DNA of 63,958 nt, filler included, from Octopus bimaculoides (GCF_001194135.2; 7 parts of 6 records of this genome joined end to end with filler, not necessarily neighbours in it); one strand, 5' to 3'. Positions 51,587 to 63,349 are shown, numbered from the whole stretch's first letter. Numbers and translations: made by a program. The notes: generated from the letters alone by a model not told the origin.

Positions 51587-52870
51587 TAGTTCTTGGACCC
51601 AGCGTTGTTCGTGATTTCCATGTTCCCCATGCCAACTATTACCCATTAAGATGTTATATTTGGTTCGGCAGGAATTTTACCCGGTTAACGCTTTCGACAT
51701 ACTCCTACGTACTGGACCATTGATATCACAGTCAAAGTTTTGAGAGTGATGTGTGTAACCCTTTGAGTGTGATGTTTGTTTATTTCTATCTCCTTAATGC
51801 CACCCTCTGTACAAAATTGATCAGCGTGTCCAATAGCAGCAAAATCCGTAGAAAAGTGTTAAGGTTATGTCACAAAATAGAATCCATGTGACCATTTACA
51901 TGAAAGTACCCCATTGACTTTTAAATCCCAATACATTATATGAATAATCGATGTTACATATTTCGAAATGCTTAATTTTACTCCTGGATCAATTTTCTTC
52001 AAAATCAGTTCACTATTTTATTGTGAGGGAATTTTGATGATTTCTGCCTTTCACCACTTTAATTTTAATTCTACTACATGACTCTGACCATAAACTTTAC
52101 CTAAATGTTAAATTTCATCAAAATCGGATGAATTCTGTTACAATTACAGCATAAAATATTAATCCTATGGGTAATTGCATACAAAAATGCCTAATGATTT
52201 CTTAAAATCCCCTGCTTACGCGCAATTATTGATTTTTTTGTGAACTCTTTGTGCTGGCACCAACTAATGGACATGATCTGTAATCACATGTAAAATTTCT
52301 ACAAAATCAATAAGAATGTCTCTAAGGAAATGCTTAGTTGCATTTATACCCTTTTAAAGCCCTTTTGAATCAAAGAAACACGTCTACCATCTCCCCTACC
52401 ACAAAATTTATCTACATCTCAAATTTCATTAAAATCGGATAAAAAATATAAAAGTTATGGTCAGAAATAAAATCACTGTGGGTATTTGCGCGCAAAAGCT
52501 TATTGATTTTATAAAACTTCTGTTTAGGCGCAACTATCGATTTTTTGTCAATATCATATACTGACATCAACTCACTGCCATGAGCCTCGCTCACTCATCG
52601 ATTTTCATCAAAATCGGGCAAAAAACGCAAAAGCTGCAGGAAAAATTAACATCGTTATGGGAATTTCCATTCAAAGGCCCATTTGAGCTTACAAAAATCT
52701 ATGCCAACTGAGCATTATCAAGTTTTCGAAAAATTCCTGCCTTATTTGAATTTCAGGGCATGTGATCTACCGATGTGCCAAAAATCATTAAAATCGGTTA
52801 GACGATGTGGGAGGAGTTAGAGTAATCCCCAAAACACACACAGACACCAATACACATTTACGTATATAGA
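51586..52870 (+). mobile_element. Helentron-associated non-autonomous element (HINE/DINE-1-like)
   Basis: 5' CTAGTTCTTGGACCCAGCGTTG. Internal modules each ending in AAATTTCAT(C/T)AAAATCGG (about 52110, 52420, 52600, 52785). 3' GGAGGAGTT...ACACACAGAC...CATTTACGTATATAGA. Confidence 0.7.
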
Positions 52871-53070
52871 ATAGCTGTTGTACTCAGCGTTGCTCTGGTT
52901 TTCTGTGTTAAGGATACGCCTATGCTGTTGTAAGTACTGCTTGATGAAATTTCTTTCTGAATCTTATGGATGACGTCATGTTCGAGGTACTTTAGCAGAG
53001 GTTGATTGGAGTGTAACCCCAATCACACAGACAGACAGACACAATTACACATTTATGTATGTATATATAT
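52871..53070 (+). mobile_element. Second, internally deleted HINE-like copy in tandem
   Basis: TAGCTGTTGTACTCAGCGTTGCTCTGG start and CACACAGACAGACAGACACAATTACACATTTA end mirror the preceding element. Confidence 0.6.
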
Positions 53071-53126
53071 ATATATACATATATAACAATAATAATAATA
53101 AAAGGGTAAAATTAATTGATTAAACT

Positions 53127-53194
53127 GCTGCACTGAAGATGGGAAATAAGTAAATAAATATAACTTTACATTAATCCCGAAACACGTATGTAGC
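53127..53194 (+). ncRNA. Minimal type I hammerhead ribozyme, Penelope-like
   Basis: GCTGCA-CTGAAGA-T-GGGA..loop..TCCC-GAAA-C-AC-GTA-TGTAGC. 6-bp stem I, 4-bp stem II plus GTAAA/TTTAC extension, minimal stem III, GUA triplet at 53186-53188. Confidence 0.65.
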
Positions 53195-53563
53195 TAATCT
53201 TAGTCGTGTGGATTCGTTATTGTTGCTCTTTGCCTACGTAAAAAAAGGTGTGTTACTGTCTAGGAGATATTTATGGTAGCGGAAAAGGTATTTTAACTAC
53301 TATTTCTAAATTCGGTGCGTGGCAAAGCAATTAGCTGACCCCTGATTATAATTATGCTCATAATTATAGAATATTTGTGTGTGTATGTGGGTATATATAT
53401 TATATTTTAAATTTGTTTATGGGCAACCTTCTGAATATTCCAATAAAGATCCCATTTCATTATGCTGACCATCATCTAATGATGTTGACTGCTGAACTAG
53501 TTTTTCGGGGTTGCATCAAGCTATACTGATATAATGTAGGATAAATATAATAATAATAACAAT

Positions 53564-53916
53564 AACATTTAATGCATTGCTAGGTACGTTTTCACTAATC
53601 GCATGACTCTTAAGATCACAGTTTGTGTTCCTGGGATGATTACAGTGTAGTCTGTAGTATATGTGGGCATTGGGCTGATCATCTTCATGGATTCATTTCT
53701 TCAGGTGATATCACACTAATGGATGTACAGCAGAGGGATGTTTATACCTTTTTACCTGTATCAATGTTATATTGCTTAAAGAAATGAATCCTTGAAGATG
53801 ATCAACCCGATGCTGACGGATACTACGGACTGCACTGTAATCATCCCAGATGTACAGACAGTGATCTTAAGAGACATGTGATTTATTGAAATGCAAATAG
53901 CGATGCATTAAATGTT
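53564..53916. mobile_element. Hairpin MITE, ~155-bp inverted arms
   Basis: 53564-53720 matches the reverse complement of 53762-53916 (roughly 80% by eye); about 40-nt spacer. Confidence 0.8.
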
Positions 53917-53954
53917 TATAAATTCCATCAAAGCATTACTGTTATTATTATATG

Positions 53955-54020
<66 letters not shown>

Positions 54021-54071
54021 AATATATTTATGTACATAAATATATATATATATATGTATGTATATAAATAT

Positions 54072-54458
54072 AGGCGTAGGAGTGGCTGTGTGGAAAGTAG
54101 CTTGCTTACCAACCACATGGTTCCGGGTTCAGTCCCACTGCGTGGCACCTTGGGCAAGTGTCTTCTACTATAGCCTCGGGCCGACCAAAGCTAGCCCGTC
54201 GTATATATGTATATATATATATATATATGTGTGTGTGTATGTGCGTGTTTGTGTGTCTGTGTTTCTCCCCCCAACATCGCTTGACAACCGATGCTGGTGT
54301 GTTTACGTCCCCATAACTTAGCGGTTCGGCAAAAGAGACCGATAGAATAAGTACTAGGCTTCCAAAGAATAAGTCCTGGGGTCGATTTGCTTGACTAAAG
54401 GCGTTGCTCCAGCATGGCCGCAGTCAAATGACTGAAACAAGTAAAAGAGTAAAACAGA
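54072..54458 (+). mobile_element. SINE family B, young CpG-rich copy with a short internal deletion
   Basis: GGCGTAGGAGTGGCTGTGTGGAAAGTAGCTTGC...GGTTCAGTCCC head and full tail. Confidence 0.92.
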
Positions 54459-54459
54459 A

Positions 54460-55418
54460 TATAATTTAGAGAAAGGAACCAAAGTTCATGAACTCATTCA
54501 TGAAAATCCACACTCACATAGAACAAAATTAGTAAGTAAATACACGATAAATAAGTATAATAAAATACAAAGTAAAAATCATAAAATAATAATAAAATGA
54601 TTACACGTGTTTCATAAACAAGTCTTCAAATAGAAAATAAAATATATTCAAATCGATTAAATTTCTTTGATTATTAGTTAATATCCTAATTAAGGTTAAG
54701 TTAAGAGTACAACATTTAAAATTTTATTTATACTGAAGATTCAATTAGATATTGCTTTTCAATAATTTTGTTAAATGACTTTTTCTTTTATTTAACGGTG
54801 ATATAATTATTTTTATATAAATTGATTTATATAAATTAATTTTTTGTTAGTTTATATTAAAATTAAAGTTATTTATATTACGTTTATAATTTTAGTTTAA
54901 CTTAAAACTTCGTATAAATTATATTTTAAACAAAAGATTCGTTAAGATAAGATTTGCATTTAATATTTCTGTTAGTTTATATTCTAATAAACGTAAAGTT
55001 AATAATGTCACATTTATAATTTTCGGTAAGATTAGTATTAAATTTCTTTTTAATGATATTGTTTAACATTTTTCTATCTTAATATAAGTATTTTTATATA
55101 CATTTATTTGTTATTTATTGTTGGTTGATATATACATCCCTTTTATTATAATTGTTGTTGTATTTTGACCTGAAGATTAGCTATATTTTTTAATAGAATT
55201 GATTTTCGATCAATTTAATCGATTTTAATTTATTTTATCTTCTATTTGAAAACTTGGTTATGAAACATGTGTAGTCCTTTTATTATTATTATTTTATGAC
55301 TTTTACTTTGTATTTTATTATACTTATTTATCGTGTATTTACTTATTAATTTTTCTATCTTTGACTGTGAATTTTCATGACTGAGTTCATGAACTTTGGT
55401 TCTTTCTTCTAAATTATA
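54460..55418. mobile_element. AT-rich foldback element with ~205-bp terminal inverted repeats
   Basis: 54460-54663 (TATAATTTAGA..AACCAAAGTTCATGAACTCA..AAATCGATTAAATT) matches the reverse complement of 55212-55418. Confidence 0.85.
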
Positions 55419-55639
55419 TATTTATATATTTTATTTTGTGAAACTTAATTTAATTTAAATTTTTGATAAATTAAATTTAATTGAGTTTTTACCTGTAAAT
55501 TTGGATTTTTATCCCTAANNNNNNNNNNNNNNNNNNNNNNNNNNNNNNNNNNNNNNNNNNNNNNNNNNNNNNNNNNNNNNNNNNNNNNNNNNNNNNNNNN
55601 NNNNNNNNNNNNNNNNNNNNNNNNNNNNNNNNNNNNNNG

Positions 55640-56565
55640 ACTAAGCCCCGGCCGGAGCACGCAACAAAGACTACAGGCAAAAAGGAGGAAGAAATAACAC
55701 AGAGACCATACGTTGGGTAGTGGAACTAGCTTTTTTTTCTTTTTTTTCAAACAAAACATTACATCATCCATACATTGCAGCATAACAATAAATTCAAATA
55801 ACATTTAACAAAGGTTTCAGAACATTGCATAATCACAAGTTTACAGTAAAGAGTTCGTACATCAAGCACATTAAAAGTTCTTTCACTTCTTTGTTTTTCT
55901 TTTCCATTAACAACATGTCACAAAGTTCTTTCTTTTCTTTTCTTTTCACATCACAGTTAACGAAAGTTAACAATGTTCTTTTCTTCTTTCAAAACATGTA
56001 ACGACAAGTACATTTTAAGGAATATTTGAACAAACCTTCACCGCACGAATTTCCTTTCTTGCAAAACTCCTACTATAATCTAAGAAGTGTCCAACTGACT
56101 ACTACGATCTCTTGGCTGCCACACAGTTCCATCTCTCTGTCCCTCTCTCTCATTGCTTCAGTCCCTATCGGTTGACTGGTACCTTCTCACCATAGGCTCT
56201 CTCTCTGTCAGCCTCTTTCTGTCAGCCTCTCTGTTCATCTTGGTTGGCTGCTAGCCTTCACACCGGCTCGCGTTCTTCATCCAACTGCCATCCACCAACC
56301 GCCTGATACCAACTCGACCGCCAACTGCCTGGCCATATTTATGAGAGATACTGTCGCTCAACAGTGCTATATTACCCCACTCCAAAGCTGGGTCAGTTCA
56401 GTACAGTTCCCAACTTGTTTTTCTGAACTTTCGCTGACCAGAAAGGGTCAGCGATCACTCCTACGCTAAAAATAGCTGTGGTTGTTGACAAGACAAAGGA
56501 AATGCCATTATCCTCAACAACCAGAATACGGTTTCAAACCCAGCTCGGGAGATAGGGATATAACA
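55640..56565 (-). mobile_element. Possible solo LTR or unclassified element
   Basis: Minus strand begins TGTTATATCCC, with an internal ATAAATA and GA-rich tracts. The other end falls in or near a gap; no second LTR or PBS seen. Confidence 0.25.
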
Positions 56566-56881
56566 TTAATTTGTATTTCGGTGGTCGCATCAATATATAT
56601 ANNNNNNNNNNNNNNNNNNNNNNNNNNNNNNNNNNNNNNNNNNNNTTAATTAATTAANNNNNNNNNNNNNNNNNNNNNNNNNNNNNNNNNNNNNNNNNNN
56701 NCATACCAGCACAATCGTCTCTCTTGCACACCACAACTGATGCTTCTAATGTTCAGCTTTTCTCTCAAGATGTATGTATATATATATATATACATATGTA
56801 TGTATATATATATATATATAGATATATATATATGAATAATAACAATAAATGGAGCAAAACGCATATAAATAAAAGTTCTTT

Positions 56882-56970
56882 AATTCCGACACATGTTTCA
56901 AAATATGTGTGCTCTGCCCCAAAGAAGTAAGAGCTGCTGGAATTCCACATATATTCATCGTCAGGGAATC
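56882..56970 (-). ncRNA. Type I hammerhead ribozyme, Penelope-like (best copy)
   Basis: Minus strand GATTCC-CTGACGA-T-GAATATATGTG..loop..CACACATATTTT-GAAA-CATGT-GTC-GGAATT. 5-6 bp stem I, ~10-bp stem II, self-complementary stem III, GUC triplet (plus 56888-56890). Confidence 0.75.
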
Positions 56971-57254
56971 AACATATAAAAGCAAGGCAAATGTGAAATG
57001 ATAAGGTTACGTATGAGCTATAATATTACATGGCCAAGTAAGTGACTGTTAGGAGTAAGAACGCTTGTTTACATAGTTATAAAGGGAGGGGGCTGTAAAC
57101 GTAATGCTAATGGTTTAAATTAATGATTAAAATGGAGGAAGAGGGCAAAATAGATCACAGTAAAGTAAACTAGATGCAATATGCATTGGATGCAAATTGC
57201 ATTGATAATCAGCTGGAGGATGCTCTTCCTAGGATTAAAAATGGTAGGAATGAC

Positions 57255-57636
57255 AGCATGTGTCCCTGCCCTGTGAAATTCTGTTGACTGTTCTTTGAGC
57301 CACTTCTTGACCACAGTTTTCATTTCCTCGTCACTGGAATAATGTTTGCCTCTCAAACCCTCTTTCATGAGGCCGAAGAGATGAGAGTCTGAAGGCGCTA
57401 AATTATTCCAGTGACGAGGAAGTGAAAACTGTAGTGAAGAAGTGGCTCAAAGAACAGTCAACAGAATTTTACAGGGCAGGGATACATGCTCTTATTCGAA
57501 GGTGGAACATTGCTATTGAGAGAAACAGTGACTATGTTGAGAAGAAGGGATGTGATCCACAGAGGACCAGCTTCATTTTGATGTATGATACATGTTCCTG
57601 TGTTGGTAATTATAGCTGTCCTAAACAAAATGGCAT
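57255..57636. mobile_element. Mariner transposase 3' fragment with an internal 89-bp inverted duplication
   Basis: Minus 57255-57401 reads LAPSDSHLFGLMKEGLRGKHYSSDEEMKTVVKKWLKEQSTEF. Plus 57402-57545 reads YSSDEEVKTVVKKWLKEQSTEFYRAGIHALIRRWNIAIERNSDYVEK. Confidence 0.88.
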
Positions 57637-57685
57637 NNNNNNNNNNNNNNNNNNNNNNNNNNNNNNNNNNNATATATATATATAT

Positions 57686-57783
57686 ACGACAGGCTTCTTT
57701 CATTTTCCGTCTACCAAATCCACTCACAAGGCTTTGGTCGACCCGAGGCTACAGTAGAAGACACTTTCCCAAGGTGCCTTGCA
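57686..57783 (-). mobile_element. SINE family B 5' fragment
   Basis: ACGACAGGCTTCTTTCATTTTCCGTCTACCAAATCCACTCACAAGGCTTTGGTCG...CAAGGTGCC. Confidence 0.85.
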
Positions 57784-57954
57784 ATCTGGATGCATTTGCT
57801 GTTGCCAACCCTCACCTGTTTCCAAGCAAAGTAACATTTTCTCATGGCCAGACATGTTCTCACAGAATATTGGAAATAACTAACACCGCTTGTATGACTG
57901 TGACACTCATTTACAACTATCAGGCAATGTCAAGTTAAGGAGACGCACACATAC

Positions 57955-57997
<43 letters not shown>

Positions 57998-58607
57998 CAT
58001 AAGTGAGACCTAAATTTAAGGCCTCAGCCAGTCCACTTATGTGTACCTTCCTTCCTTCATTGGACACTAAACTCNNNNNNNNNNNNNNNNNNNNNNNNNN
58101 NNNNNNNNNNNNNNNNNNNNNNNNNNNNNNNNNNNNNNNNNNNNNNNNNNNNNNNNNNNNNNNNNNNNNNNNNNNNNNNNNNNNNNNNNNNNNNNNNNNN
58201 NNNNNNNNNNNNNNNNNNNNNNNNNNNNNNNNNNNNNNNNNNNNNNNNNNNNNNNNNNNNNNNNNNNNNNNNNNNNNNNNNNNNNNNNNNNNNNNNNNNN
58301 NNNNNNNNNNNNNNNNNNNNNNNNNNNNNNNNNNNNNNNNNNNNNNNNNNNNNNNNNNNNNNNNNNNNNNNNNNNNNNNNNNNNNNNNNNNNNNNNNNNN
58401 NNNNNNNNNNNNNNNNNNNNNNNNNNNNNNNNNNNNNNNNNNNNNNNNNNNNNNNNNNNNNNNNNNNNNNNNNNNNNNNNNNNNNNNNNNNNNNNNNNNN
58501 NNNNNNNNNNNNNNNNNNNNNNNNNNNNNNNNNNNNNNNNNNNNNNNNNNNNNNNNNNNNNNNNNNNNNNNNNNNNNNNNNNNNNNNNNNNNNNNNNNNN
58601 NNNNNNN

Positions 58608-58856
58608 CATAAAAATACACCATTTTGAGCGTGGCCATTGCCAGTACCGCCTGACTGGCCTTCGTGCAGGTGGCACGTAAAAGCACCCACTACACTCTCT
58701 GAGTGGTTGGCGTTAGGAAGGGCATCCAGCTGTAGAAACTCTGCCAAATCAGTTTGGAGCCTGGTGTAGCCATCTGGTTCACCAGTCCTCAGTCAAATCG
58801 TCCAACCCATGCCAGCATGGAAAGCGGACGTTAAACGACGACGATGACGATGATGA
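58608..58856 (+). mobile_element. RTE-associated 3' UTR with (GAC/GAT)n tail
   Basis: GAGTGGTTGGCGTTAGGAAGGGCATCCAGCTGTAGAAACTCTGCC...CCAGCATGGAAAGCGGACGTTAAACGACGACGATG. Confidence 0.85.
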
Positions 58857-59262
58857 TATATATACACACACACGCAGACACACACACACACATACGTGAT
58901 GGGCTTCTTTCAGTTTATATATATACATTCGTATTTGTGTGTGTGTATTTCCTTAGATGCATGACTTTATTCAAGTTTTCTGTTTTAAATTTTAAATTTT
59001 AGACTTTTTGTATCCTCTCAATTTTTCTCACGGTTGGTTTGGAACAATGAAATTCCTAAATTCGCATTCAACATTCCTGGCGCTTTACAATTTCATTTTC
59101 AAGAATGAAAACACACACATACACATACACACACACACAAGGATGTTTGCACACACACATATATTTGTTTCTGTATGTACTTGTATGTTTATGTATGTAT
59201 GTATGTATGTGTGTGTGTGTATATATGTATGTATGTATGTATCTATCTATTTATCTATTTAT

Positions 59263-59294
<32 letters not shown>

Positions 59295-59837
59295 TTATCT
59301 ATCTACTGTCTATTTATCTCATCTATCTGTCTGTCTACTATCTATCTATCTATCTCTCTCTCTTTCTTTCTCTCTCTCTCTCTTTCCACACACACACACC
59401 TCTGTGTGTGTGTATGTATTTATAATCTTAGGCATGTATATTTAAGATCATGATCTTCATCATCATCATCATCATCTTTTTATTTCTGCTTTCCCATGCT
59501 GGCATAGAATGGATGGGTTGTCACAGTTGCAGTCAATTTTTGGTAAAAATGTAACATGAGAATAGATGCATGATGTTTCCAATACATTTCTTAGATTACC
59601 ATTCTTCTGAATGTTTTTATTTATTTTTTTTCATTTGTCAAAATTAGCTTAAAAATCAATCCTGCCTATAAATATATCCTGAATTATCATGTTTACACTT
59701 TTAGAACACAATTCATAAGTAAATAACCAAACAAACAAACAAACAAATGTGTGTTTTCGTGCAGAAATGCAAAGTTCTATGAACACACCTTTGTTAGATG
59801 TATGTAGAGTCTGTTATAATTGTGTATTTGTAAACTG

Positions 59838-60160
59838 TGGAAGTGCTTGGCATCAGGCTCACAATCATGATGTAGTGAGTTCAATTCCCAGACTGGGCTA
59901 TGTGTTGTGTTCTTAAGCAAGACACTTTATTTCACATTGCTCCAATTCACTCATCTGTAGAAATGAGCTATGGCGTCACTGGTGCCAAGCTGCATTGACC
60001 CCTTTGCCTTTCCTTGGGATAACATCGGTGGTATGGAGAGGGGAGGCTGGTATGCACAGGTGACGGCTGGTCTTCATAAACAACTTTGCCCAGACTTGTG
60101 CCTCGAAGGGGAACTTTCTAGGTGCAATCCCATGGTCATTCATGATTGATGGGGGTCTTT
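59838..60160 (+). mobile_element. SINE family A
   Basis: GAGTTCAATTCCC B box and GTTGTGTTCTTAAGCAAGACACTTTATTTCACATTGCTCC body. Confidence 0.8.
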
Positions 60161-60164
60161 ACCA

Positions 60165-60321
60165 CAGGCATGGCTGTGTGGTAAGTAGCTTGCTTACCAA
60201 CCAGATGATTCTGGGTTCAGTCTCACTTCATGGCACCTTGGGCAAGTGTGTTCTACTATAGCCTTGGGCCAACCAAAGCCTTGTGAGTGGATTTGGTAGA
60301 CAGAAACTGAAAGAAGCCTGT

Positions 60322-60370
<49 letters not shown>

Positions 60371-60610
60371 GTGTGTGTATGTTTGTTTGTATGTGCATGT
60401 GTGTGTGTTTGCGTCTCTGTGTTTGTCCCCCCAACATTGCTTGACAACCGATGTTGGTGTGTTTACATCCCCATAACTTAGCAGTTTAGCAAAAGAGACT
60501 GATGGAATAAGTACTAAGCTTACAAAGAATAAGTTCTGGGGTTGGTTTGTTCAATTAAAGGTGGTGCTCCAGCATGGCCACAGTCAACTTACTGAAACAA
60601 ATGAAATAAA
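60165..60610 (+). mobile_element. SINE family B, full length
   Basis: Head, internal (TA)n/(TG)n and tail all present. Confidence 0.9.
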
Positions 60611-60764
60611 GCAAAAAAAAGTATCAAAAGGCTTCGTGCATTCTTCATTGGTTGATGTTAGTCTTCTGTGTTTGTTGTTCAAGACAGAGATAAGGAAATG
60701 GAATGGTGGTCATGGCATAAAAGATGAGATGAAGATCCTTCCAGAATAATATAGACTCATAGTA

Positions 60765-60987
60765 CTAGTTTCCTGGTTTCTGTGGCATATTTATTCCCAC
60801 TTCCCCATCCCCGGACTGGACATTGGTCCTTCACAGGATTACTCATTTTTGCCAATTGAGTGGACTGAAGCAAAATGAAATGAAGGGTTTTGCTCAAGAA
60901 CACAATGCATCACCTGGTCCAGGAATTGAAACCACAATCTTATGTTCGTGAATCCAACACCCTGACCACTAAGCCATGTGTCTCCAC
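60765..60987 (-). mobile_element. SINE family A
   Basis: Reverse complement gives TGGAGACACATGGCTTAGTGGTCAGGG...GGTTTCAATTCC...TTGTGTTCTTGAGCAAAAC. Confidence 0.85.
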
Positions 60988-61849
60988 TGGTCTGCATACA
61001 TAAAAGGTGTGCCAGAAAAGTAACAGGACTTGGTGCACTGGGTGAGCTATGAGTGAGGGTAGGGATTAGCGGGTTGTGTTGCTGTGTGACCTAACATCCA
61101 GGGAGTGTATAACTGCAGTCTCAGCTCTCTGCAACCATTGTATGTTTTTCCACACACTTTTTTGTCAACAACTCCCTAATTTTAGGCTGTCAGCCAATTG
61201 GCACAGAGCAAAGTACGAACACAAGGTTTTTTGGTCTGGCTGGGGTAAACCCTGTTAGTGTGTGATGTGTGTATGTCCATACTCATAATGGCCATATACA
61301 CACCACACACTTATATATGCATGGGTCTACACATGCAAATATATGGATGAAGATACATGCATAAAAGAAAATATACAAATCTGCACATACTCCGACTCTG
61401 AGTACTTGCACATATGTTGCACAATACATGCATACATGTGCAAATACCTTGTAGATGTTGTTGAAATTCCAATGAAAACGCCTTGGATCTTAGATATATG
61501 TTGGCAAGAAATCTACAAATAAAAATAGGTGGCAGAAATATATATAGGTATATATATATAATATATATTTATATATATATATATATACTTTGTATATTTA
61601 TAGATAAATATATAAATATATGATGAATAAGACCCCAAGGTACGATACGTGGATACATATAATACTGAAGGGTTGTACCTGATTGATTTGGAAATTTGTT
61701 TTCCCAAATTATTCATATTATATGTACCTATATATATATATATATATATNNNNNNNNNNNNNNNNNNNNNNNNNNNNNNNNNNNNNNNNNNNNTTAATTA
61801 ATTAANNNNNNNNNNNNNNNNNNNNNNNNNNNNNNNNNNNNNNNNNNNN

Positions 61850-62359
61850 GCTAGCATGGAAAGCGGACGTTAAACAATGATGATGATGATGATGATGTTG
61901 CATGTGTGCAAACAGCCATGCTGCATGGCAGTAAAACATGGGCCATGACTGCCGAGGACATACGTAAGCTTGCAAGAAATGAAGCCAGTATGCTCCACTA
62001 GATGTGTAATGTCAGTGTGCATACATGACAGAGTGCAAGCACCTTGAGAGAAAAGTTGGACCTAAGAAGCATCAGAAGTGGTGTGCATTGGTATGGTCAT
62101 GTGGTGAGAATGGATGAGGACAGCTGTGTGAAAAAGTCACATCCTTGCAGTTGAGGAAACCTGTGGAAGACCTAGAATGAGGTGGTGAAGCATCACCTTC
62201 GATCATTAAGCCTCACTGAGGCAATGACTAGTAACTGAGACTAGTAACTGAGACCTTTGGAAATATGCTGTGCTTAAGAAGACCTAGCAAGACAAGTGAG
62301 ACCATAACCTGTGGCCTATGCAGGCGGTATAACCAGCCTACGTATGCATACCTTTCTTT
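61850..62359 (+). mobile_element. RTE tail remnant (61850-61896) followed by a decayed RTE ORF C-terminal fragment
   Basis: ACVQTAMLHGSKTWAMTAEDIRKLARNEASML...LREKLDLRSI...WYGHVVRMDEDSCVKK. Confidence 0.85.
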
Positions 62360-63314
62360 NNNNNNNNNNNNNNNNNNNNNNNNNNNNNNNNNNNNNNNNN
62401 NNNNNNNNNNNNNNNNNNNNNNNNNNNNNNNNNNNNNNNNNNNNNNNNNNNNNNNNNNNNNNNNNNNNNNNNNNNNNNNNNNNNNNNNNNNNNNNNNNNN
62501 NNNNNNNNNNNNNNNNNNNNNNNNNNNNNNNNNNNNNNNNNNNNNNNNNNNNNNNNNNNNNNNNNNNNNNNNNNNNNNNNNNNNNNNNNNNNNNNNNNNN
62601 NNNNNNNNNNNNNNNNNNNNNNNNNNNNNNNNNNNNNNNNNNNNNNNNNNNNNNNNNNNNNNNNNNNNNNNNNNNNNNNNNNNNNNNNNNNNNNNNNNNN
62701 NNNNNNNNNNNNNNNNNNNNNNNNNNNNNNNNNNNNNNNNNNNNNNNNNNNNNNNNNNNNNNNNNNNNNNNNNNNNNNNNNNNNNNNNNNNNNNNNNNNN
62801 NNNNNNNNNNNNNNNNNNNNNNNNNNNNNNNNNNNNNNNNNNNNNNNNNNNNNNNNNNNNNNNNNNNNNNNNNNNNNNNNNNNNNNNNNNNNNNNNNNNN
62901 NNNNNNNNNNNNNNNNNNNNNNNNNNNNNNNNNNNNNNNNNNNNNNNNNNNNNNNNNNNNNNNNNNNNNNNNNNNNNNNNNNNNNNNNNNNNNNNNNNNN
63001 NNNNNNNNNNNNNNNNNNNNNNNNNNNNNNNNNNNNNNNNNNNNNNNNNNNNNNNNNNNNNNNNNNNNNNNNNNNNNNNNNNNNNNNNNNNNNNNNNNNN
63101 NNNNNNNNNNNNNNNNNNNNNNNNNNNNNNNNNNNNNNNNNNNNNNNNNNNNNNNNNNNNNNNNNNNNNNNNNNNNNNNNNNNNNNNNNNNNNNNNNNNN
63201 NNNNNNNNNNNNNNNNNNNNNNNNNNNNNNNNNNNNNNNNNNNNNNNNNNNNNNNNNNNNNNNNNNNNATATATATATGTGCATATATATATATATGCAT
63301 ATATATATATATGC

Positions 63315-63349
<35 letters not shown>

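Noticed and set aside
54460-55500. Extremely AT-rich block as a mitochondrial control-region NUMT
   Set aside because: No flanking mitochondrial tRNA or gene sequence; long terminal inverted repeats indicate a foldback element.
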